Below are positions 59,124-64,000 of a DNA stretch of 64,000 nucleotides, in pieces. The position numbers and the translations under genes were made by a program. Position 1 is the first letter of the stretch. Every line of letters begins with the position of its first letter. The stretch is from positions 25,281 through 89,280 of the IMG/VR virus record IMGVR_UViG_3300021400_001580; one strand, given 5' to 3'. This stretch comes from a virus (taxonomy: Duplodnaviria > Caudoviricetes). The notes beneath the pieces are model-generated. The model was not told the origin of the DNA and searched no databases. It was given only the letters and a program-made list of their open reading frames with translations.

Positions 59124-59379
59124 GTATCTGATCTTCCATTTCTTCAATACGCCGTTCATCACGAATAGACCAATTTTTTCCACCGCTCCAAATCTGCTTA
59201 TTTTTAGCGGTTTTCGCGCGGCAGAAAGGACAGGAACAATGCACTTTATTTTTGCTAAACTGGTGCAAATTATCATACCAATCCTGATTCAAACGATACA
59301 CTTTTCGGCTAATTTCCCGTTTGCGAATTGCTTTCTTCCAGTCATTATGACGTTTTTCTGCACGATTCCGCATAAACAT
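59101..59379 (-). CDS. Basic hypothetical protein (HCSCPFC motif)
   Basis: MRNRAEKRH...SKNKVHCSCPFC. Confidence 0.7.
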   Translation of the reverse strand: MFMRNRAEKRHNDWKKAIRKREISRKVYRLNQDWYDNLHQFSKNKVHCSCPFCRAKTAKNKQIWSGGKNWSIRDERRIEEMEDQILDNEENF

Positions 59380-59573
59380 CAGCTCCGTTGTACATAATCG
59401 AAAAAGAAATCAAGAAATTCCTGGTCTTCTGCATAAAAGGCATCATATCCTTTTTCGCGCGTAAATTCACTCGTGCCTAGTAATATTAATTGAGTAAGCC
59501 GAAGGTCTGGATATTGACGCCATATTTCCGCTAACTTGGCGCAGCAAGACTCAATTCTTGAAATATCACGCAT
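59379..59573 (-). CDS. Hypothetical protein (MRDxxRI family)
   Basis: MRDISRI...IWRQYPDLRLTQL. Confidence 0.75.
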   Translation of the reverse strand: MRDISRIESCCAKLAEIWRQYPDLRLTQLILLGTSEFTREKGYDAFYAEDQEFLDFFFDYVQRS

Positions 59574-59862
59574 TTTGCTGCTCCTTTAACCATTTTTCAA
59601 AAGTATTCCAAGTTTGAATATCGCAGGGGTCTCCGAGAGCTTTATCACCCATTTTTCGTTGGTCATTAATATCACGTAACATTATTTTAATAGTATTTGG
59701 AGAAAGCTTATGATTACAAGTACCCATAATCCATTTAGTTACAAGGTCAGGCATATAAGTACGACGGCCAAGACAATATCTAACGGCGCAAAGTAATACA
59801 GCATCAAAATCTTCGCTTTTATAAACGCGCCTAGACATTACAGCAGAGCGAACATCATCCAT
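59566..59862 (-). CDS. Hypothetical protein
   Basis: CAVRYCLGRRTYMP...LGDPCDIQTW; promoter at 59893-59920. Confidence 0.75.
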   Translation of the reverse strand: MDDVRSAVMSRRVYKSEDFDAVLLCAVRYCLGRRTYMPDLVTKWIMGTCNHKLSPNTIKIMLRDINDQRKMGDKALGDPCDIQTWNTFEKWLKEQQNA

Positions 59863-59925
59863 ATCTTATCTCCTTTCCTTTTTACTACATTAATTATAGC
59901 ATAATTTTTATAATTGTCAAATATT

Positions 59926-60000
59926 TGGTACCGGAGTAGGGAGTCGAATCCTAATCAAGAGATTAGAAGTCTCTTGTCGTATCCGTTGGACCACTCCAGC
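59926..60000 (-). tRNA. tRNA-Arg(TCT)
   Basis: GCTGGAG/CTCCGGT, AGAGA-CT TCT AA-TCTCT, encoded CCA. Confidence 0.88.
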
Positions 60001-60007
60001 ATATGAG

Positions 60008-60079
60008 TGCACCACACGGGAGTTGGACCCGCCTAACCCACATTAAAAGTGTGGTGCCTCACCGCTAGGCTAATGGTGC
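60008..60079 (-). tRNA. tRNA-Lys(TTT)
   Basis: GCACCAT/GTGGTGC, CCACA-CT TTT AA-TGTGG, GCGGG-TCCAACT-CCCGT. Confidence 0.88.
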
Positions 60080-60082
60080 ATA

Positions 60083-60178
60083 TGGCGTGCCAGGATAAGA
60101 ATTGCACTTTCAACATCATCGCTAGCATGATGATACCAGACCTATGCGCTGGTTCCTTACCTACTTGGATACTGACAC
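60083..60178 (-). tRNA. Atypical class II tRNA, anticodon unresolved
   Basis: 7-bp acceptor GTGTCAG/CTGGCAC, G73, encoded CCA, long variable arm ATCATC/GATGAT; 4-bp anticodon stem enclosing CGCATAGGT. Confidence 0.65.
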
Positions 60179-60219
60179 ATATAGAGCGGAAGTTTCCGCT
60201 CAAGAAAAGTTAATAGGGC

Positions 60220-60768
60220 TTAGGGCCATTCTCCAAGCGGCATTCCGAGACCTGCACGTACAACATGGGTATTATAGAATACACCCTCAGTTGCAGGCCC
60301 AGTTAGAAGCTCACTAGCAATTGTCTCATATAGGGTACTAATTACTCCGTGGCAGTCATTTAGATTATCCGCGGCAAACTGTACTACACAGTTATTAAAT
60401 ACAACGTAGGTAGTACCAATCCACTGGTATCCCTCTTCCGCAGGACACACAGAATATGCGTAAGCAGGGTTCTTGGCAAAAGCAGTATCAAATAGTTCAA
60501 CCTTACTTGTGAAAGCACGATTGCTGGGCTCACCATCAACAATTACCTTTAGTGTAACATTGCCAAATTTAACTTCTTCAGGTAGAATCTGTAGAAGAGC
60601 GGCAACCTTATCTCCGTTATTACAAGCAAGAACAACTGTAGGATGCTCGCCACTAAAGTCAACATTGAAAGCAATCTGAGGGTCACCGTCAAATAGCGCT
60701 TCTAGCTTGCGTATTACGAGAGTCCAAGGTGGAAGAATCTTTAGTCTCGGTTCATTCATATAATAGGT
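60220..60768 (-). CDS. Hypothetical phage protein
   Basis: RBS GGAGGT + MNEPRLKILPPW. Confidence 0.75.
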   Translation of the reverse strand, partial: TYYMNEPRLKILPPWTLVIRKLEALFDGDPQIAFNVDFSGEHPTVVLACNNGDKVAALLQILPEEVKFGNVTLKVIVDGEPSNRAFTSKVELFDTAFAKNPAYAYSVCPAEEGYQWIGTTYVVFNNCVVQFAADNLNDCHGVISTLYETIASELLTGPATEGVFYNTHVVRAGLGMPLGEWP

Positions 60769-60848
60769 ACCTCCAAAATGAATTTGCGCTTTCGCGCCAA
60801 GTCTCCAGCCGACGATTTGAACGCCGATTTTGTGGTCCGTAGCCACAC

Positions 60849-60985
60849 GTTCTGTCCCTTAGACTAGCCGGAGATAATGTGCTACCTTCATTGGACGTGG
60901 TTCGCATGCAAAGCCTAAGCGTGTACCCTCTCTCAGTAGTAGCACGGGATGCGTCAAAATCCATCCACTGGGTTGTCAGCTGAAC
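60849..60985 (-). ncRNA. Candidate pseudoknotted RNA / leader
   Basis: Interleaved helices GTGCTAC/GTAGCAC and CTTAGGCT/AGTCTAAG; hairpin GGATG/CATCC. Confidence 0.45.
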
Positions 60986-60993
60986 AACAATTG

Positions 60994-61067
60994 TACCTCT
61001 CGTGAGATTCGGACTCACACTGTACGCGTTCTTAGCGCGCTATCTCTGCCAATTGGATTAGGGAGGC
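60994..61067 (-). tRNA. tRNA-Leu(AAG) with short variable loop
   Basis: GCGCG-CT AAG AA-CGCGT, GTGAG-TCCGAAT-CTCAC, 5-nt variable loop, one acceptor mismatch. Confidence 0.7.
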
Positions 61068-61245
61068 ATATTACCAACCACTCGCATCCCACCGCTTTAT
61101 TTATTTTAATTTAGTGGTACAAATGATATTAGCAGAGCAGGCGTACCTGTTTCAGAGTTTTGCTATTCGTCAATAGCTCATTTGGTTACTAATATCTCCC
61201 ACAACCTTAAAATATCACGCGCCAAAGCCTTGTCCGTTGGTAAAG

Positions 61246-61316
61246 AGCTTCCACGGTGAATCGGACACCGATTAAAGGCTTACGAAGCCTCCGCATTACC
61301 ATTATGCTATGGAAGC
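61246..61316 (-). tRNA. tRNA-Thr(CGT)
   Basis: GCTTCCA/TGGAAGC, GAGGC-TT CGT AA-GCCTT, CGGTG-TCCGATT-CACCG. Confidence 0.88.
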
Positions 61317-61455
61317 AATTAGGTACGAGGATGATTCCCGTACCATGATATAAATAAGGCGGTAAGTAACAGGAAACCAATTATAATAGTACCAACATTT
61401 GTATCTAATATTGATTCAATTATTATTTCCATAATTACTCACCTCTTAAAGAAAG

Positions 61456-61537
61456 TGCCCGTACTCGGACTTGAACCGAGACGACCGAAGTCAATAGATT
61501 TTGAGTCTATAGTGTCTGCCTTTTCCACCATACGGGC
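61456..61537 (-). tRNA. tRNA-Leu(CAA)
   Basis: GCCCGTA/TACGGGC, ATAGA-CT CAA AA-TCTAT, variable arm GACTTCGGTC. Confidence 0.93.
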
Positions 61538-61610
61538 CAGAAATACAGGATTTGTTTCCTAGGTGCACCGAGTATTAAGTGAAATAGCGTCTCATCACTC
61601 CTGTATTCGT

Positions 61611-61842
61611 AATGGCGTAAAACCCCAAACTAGCCATCATCGCGTCCGGCCGGACCGCATGTTTTCTGCCTTGAACCCGCTATCCCGCATGGTTGGCAAG
61701 GATTACATTCTTGTTTAGGGAACTTTCCCAGAGTCAAGAAACACTCTGTGCCGAAGTTCATCGAGCACTGGGACCAGGACCTCGCAGTCAGCCCCAACGG
61801 CGGTTTTTCGTCATGCTGGACTTTTTTTACCTAGGCGCCATT
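61611..61842 (-). ncRNA. Candidate ~230-nt pseudoknotted RNA
   Basis: Terminal AATGGCG..GTAAAA/TTTTAC..GCCATT; crossing helices AGTCCAGCAT/ATGATGGCT and CCCTAAAC/GTTTGGGG; several internal hairpins. Confidence 0.5.
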
Positions 61843-62079
61843 CATTTAACTCATTTAGTTATATTTATAAGTTGTTGCTGTGCGCGCCTATTTAATTAAT
61901 TGCACTTTACTTCGCTTCTTTATATACCGTTTTCCGCTAAGCCACATATCATTGACTCCCTCACGCCTTTGGGCTGAGATTTCCATTTAGGTCTACAGTC
62001 AAATGTCGGTGGTAGTTTAAGTGCTAAATTCGTGTTAACGGTGGATTGCATTTATTACACGCCGTGCATCCTGGCGTAC

Positions 62080-62154
62080 TGGTACCCTATCGGAGAATTG
62101 AACTCCGCACTTCGGCTTGAGAGGCCGATGGCTTTACCGACTGCCCCATAGGGC
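62080..62154 (-). tRNA. tRNA-Glu(CTC)
   Basis: GCCCTAT/ATAGGGT, TCGGC-CT CTC AA-GCCGA, CCA. Confidence 0.92.
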
Positions 62155-62207
62155 ATATACCTATCTAAGATAGGTATACTCAAATTGCTAAGATACGCCT
62201 TCGCGTA

Positions 62208-62283
62208 TGGTACCCCGTCCGAGAGTTGAACTCGGTACTTTGGCTTGAAGGGCCAACGGCTTAAACCGGCTGCCACACGGGGC
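62208..62283 (-). tRNA. tRNA-Glu(TTC)
   Basis: GCCCCGT/ACGGGGT, TTGGC-CC TTC AA-GCCAA, CCA. Confidence 0.92.
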
Positions 62284-62451
62284 ATTTGGCGCTTTCGCGC
62301 CACGCTGCCAACAAGGTGTAAAACTGGGTCAAAGGATTAAATGTTTCTATTGTTGGCGCGTAGTCTTTTAAGGTAAAGGCTTTCATCATAACCCCACATC
62401 TGCATTAATGTTTATTTACTGCCAAGCTACATTTGGTCATCAAAGCACGAG

Positions 62452-62523
62452 CGACCTTACGCAGAATTGAACTGCGGTTTTAGGCGTGACAAGCCTACGT
62501 AATTACCACTATACGATAAGGCC
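62452..62523 (-). tRNA. tRNA-Asp(GTC)
   Basis: GGCCTTA/TAAGGTC, TAGGC-TT GTC AC-GCCTA, CGCAG-TTCAATT-CTGCG. Confidence 0.93.
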
Positions 62524-62586
62524 AAGGGTAGCAGGGAGGTTCCGGCCCTGCTGAAAAATATCGAATGACCGTCATGTCTTTCGAAG

Positions 62587-62746
62587 CGGCTCCTGTAGGA
62601 CTCGAACCTACGACGCTTCGGTTATTGGAAAATATGAGATTTGCACTCATCCTTCCGGCTGTATGGGCGCACCATTGCCTCCAGTATGCTACTAACCACA
62701 TTCATTTTCCACAGCCGAATGCTCTAGCCAACTGAGCTAAGGAGCC
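62587..62746 (-). tRNA. tRNA-Asn(GTT)-type body interrupted in the anticodon by an 86-nt tRNA-shaped insert (62625-62710)
   Basis: GGCTCCT/AGGAGCC, D arm GCTCAGTTGGCTAGAGC, TTCGG-CTGT[insert]TAA-CCGAA, GTAGG-TTCGAGT-CCTAC, G73. Confidence 0.8.
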
Positions 62747-62803
62747 ATATAGCAGTAGGTTGCCAGCCGCACATCATTCTTTAAACTCGCATTTGCTCTG
62801 AGC

Positions 62804-62879
62804 TGGTGGCGGGAACGGGATTTGGACCCGTGTTTGCTGGGTATGAGCCAACCGTGCTAGACCTCTGTACTATCCCGCG
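62804..62879 (-). tRNA. tRNA-Met(CAT), initiator-like acceptor
   Basis: CGCGGGA/TCCCGCC with unpaired C1, GTTGG-CT CAT AC-CCAGC, CCA. Confidence 0.88.
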
Positions 62880-62976
62880 ATATAAAGGTCAACCTGTCGC
62901 GACCAAGTTGACCGAGGTAATCTTAGCTACTGAAACCTATCCATGAGCGCACCATCTGCCGAGTCGCCAATACGTA

Positions 62977-63053
62977 GCGACCCGCTGGACTTGAACCAGT
63001 TCTCTATTATCTAGGCTGTCCCTCTTCCCAGATCGGTCCTGAGATACGGCCGC
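62977..63053 (-). pseudogene. Degenerate tRNA-like sequence
   Basis: Acceptor-like GCGGCC/GGTCGC and T arm CTGG-TTCAAGT-CCAG; no recognisable anticodon arm. Confidence 0.45.
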
Positions 63054-63094
63054 AACTTCTTGTAAATAATGTACCAGTTGCCGGTATAATCGCG

Positions 63095-63165
63095 ATGCTC
63101 TCAGAGGATTCGGACCTCATTTCCGCTTTAGCGGGCGGCGTTTTCTCCATTAAACTATTTGGGCA
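63095..63165 (-). pseudogene. Degenerate tRNA with possible CTA (amber) or GCT anticodon
   Basis: D arm GTTT-AATGGAGA-AAAC, CCGC-CCGCTAAA-GCGG (8-nt loop), GAGG-TCCGAAT-CCTC; acceptor only 4/7 paired. Confidence 0.45.
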
Positions 63166-63269
63166 TGATGGTGGTTTGATATCCGAGGTCCCACCACTCG
63201 GTCATATGATACCGCTGATTCAGAGTGAGCGGCGAGTTTCCCGACTTGCTCTGACAAGTTTGTTGGTTC

Positions 63270-64000
63270 CTCATATCATATGAAAATGGCCTACACTGTG
63301 TGACGGGGGTAGTTGATGAAACTACTTCCTTTTCAGTTTGGGAGCTACCCAAAGCTGATCGGGACTACCAATCCTTTTCCCTGCCCTCCCGTTTTTCAGC
63401 CGTAACTAGCGATAAGAACCCTTCATTCTTATTTTATGGTCCACTAGTGCTTACTTTGCTCCTCTTTTATAATGCGCCGAGCAATCTGGCATATGCATAG
63501 CCGTACAGTTTGCGCGTTGTATGACGGGTGCGACTACTATTAATCGCTTTTCCGAGGTTTTAACCTGGGTAAGGACAAGAGAACTAGTTTCCTTCCATCC
63601 CGTCTTCAACTATGGCTGTTCGTCAAACTCCATTTAACCTTTTCCTATGTGATGAAAATCACAGTAGCTACTTGTGACCCGACCTCAAATTCCTCCTTCA
63701 CCACAATACTAGGCACCTTAATAGACTATTGCGAACTTGCGGTCTATTAGCGCGGCACCTTTTTATACTGGGTCTGTATCCAGTTACTCTGCCTGCCTAC
63801 CAGAGTTGCAGCAGTTTGCCCCTGCTTGCCGAGACCGCTTACTTATATACCGCGAACGATGTGCGGTTTACCATTTCTAAGAATGGACTCGGGATGTTTA
63901 ATGTCGCCCTCTCGACTTAATCACTCTCCGGTGGCCGCCTTTGAGCGAGGCTATCTTGCGTCCAAGAAATTCTCCATACCATCCTCACCAGAGCACTGGG
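63270..64000 (-). ncRNA. Candidate giant structured ncRNA (>700 nt, runs past window end)
   Basis: No RBS-led ORF or tRNA; dense hairpins at 63306-63328, 63334-63357, 63719-63749, 63767-63784, 63786-63806, 63849-63867; strand inferred from flanking genes. Confidence 0.55.

Noticed and set aside
61542-61607. Hammerhead ribozyme (TGATGAG...GAAA in a closed stem)
   Set aside because: Core reads GTGATGA rather than CTGATGA, and stems II/III could not be built; remains only a generic hairpin
62625-62710. Group I/II or archaeal BHB intron in tRNA-Asn
   Set aside because: 86 nt is too short for a self-splicing intron; no P7 or domain V core and no bulge-helix-bulge
57683-63920. Track ORFs overlapping tRNAs/ncRNAs (57683, 57808, 57888, 58031, 58111, 58963, 60752, 61693, 62055, 62495, 63095, 63155, 63300, 63729)
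   Set aside because: No RBS, atypical composition; they overlap clear tRNA cloverleaves or dense hairpin regions
63270-64000. rRNA fragment
   Set aside because: No recognisable 16S/23S/5S conserved motifs
1-64000. Diversity-generating retroelement, integrase or IS element
   Set aside because: No reverse transcriptase, recombinase or transposase motifs and no TR/VR pair seen in the window

Overview
A 64-kb segment of a large tailed phage genome. Consensus sigma-A promoters and AAGGAGG-type RBSs suggest a Firmicutes/Clostridia-like host (inference). The phage appears to use an alternative genetic code with TAG read as Gln. Reading through TAG restores many single genes that the ORF track splits: a tail protein, RuvC-like resolvase, RecJ-like DHH nuclease, PIN-PhoH, ClpP, a membrane-anchored GIY-YIG nuclease and an 811-aa orphan. 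Every genuine gene end checked is TAA or TGA. Layout: 1-3603 (+) 3' part of a tail gene; then a bidirectional terminator; everything after is on the minus strand. That part holds nucleotide metabolism genes (dUTPase, NrdDG with a formate/nitrite channel, NCS2 permease, two nucleoside deoxyribosyltransferases), a replisome (DnaE, primase, helicase, type II topoisomerase, ligase, RNase H) and a candidate iteron origin (33982-34219). It continues with RNA end-healing/ligation genes, a DUF2828/TROVE (Ro60-like) gene and a dense tRNA/ncRNA region (55.6-64 kb). Highlights: a circularly permuted tRNA-mimic with YrlA/Y-RNA topology next to a sister RNA sharing a TACAGCA motif; a tRNA-Asn whose anticodon is interrupted by an 86-nt tRNA-shaped insert; several other aberrant tRNAs; and multiple large structured RNAs. 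All calls are from manual reading; no database search or folding was run.
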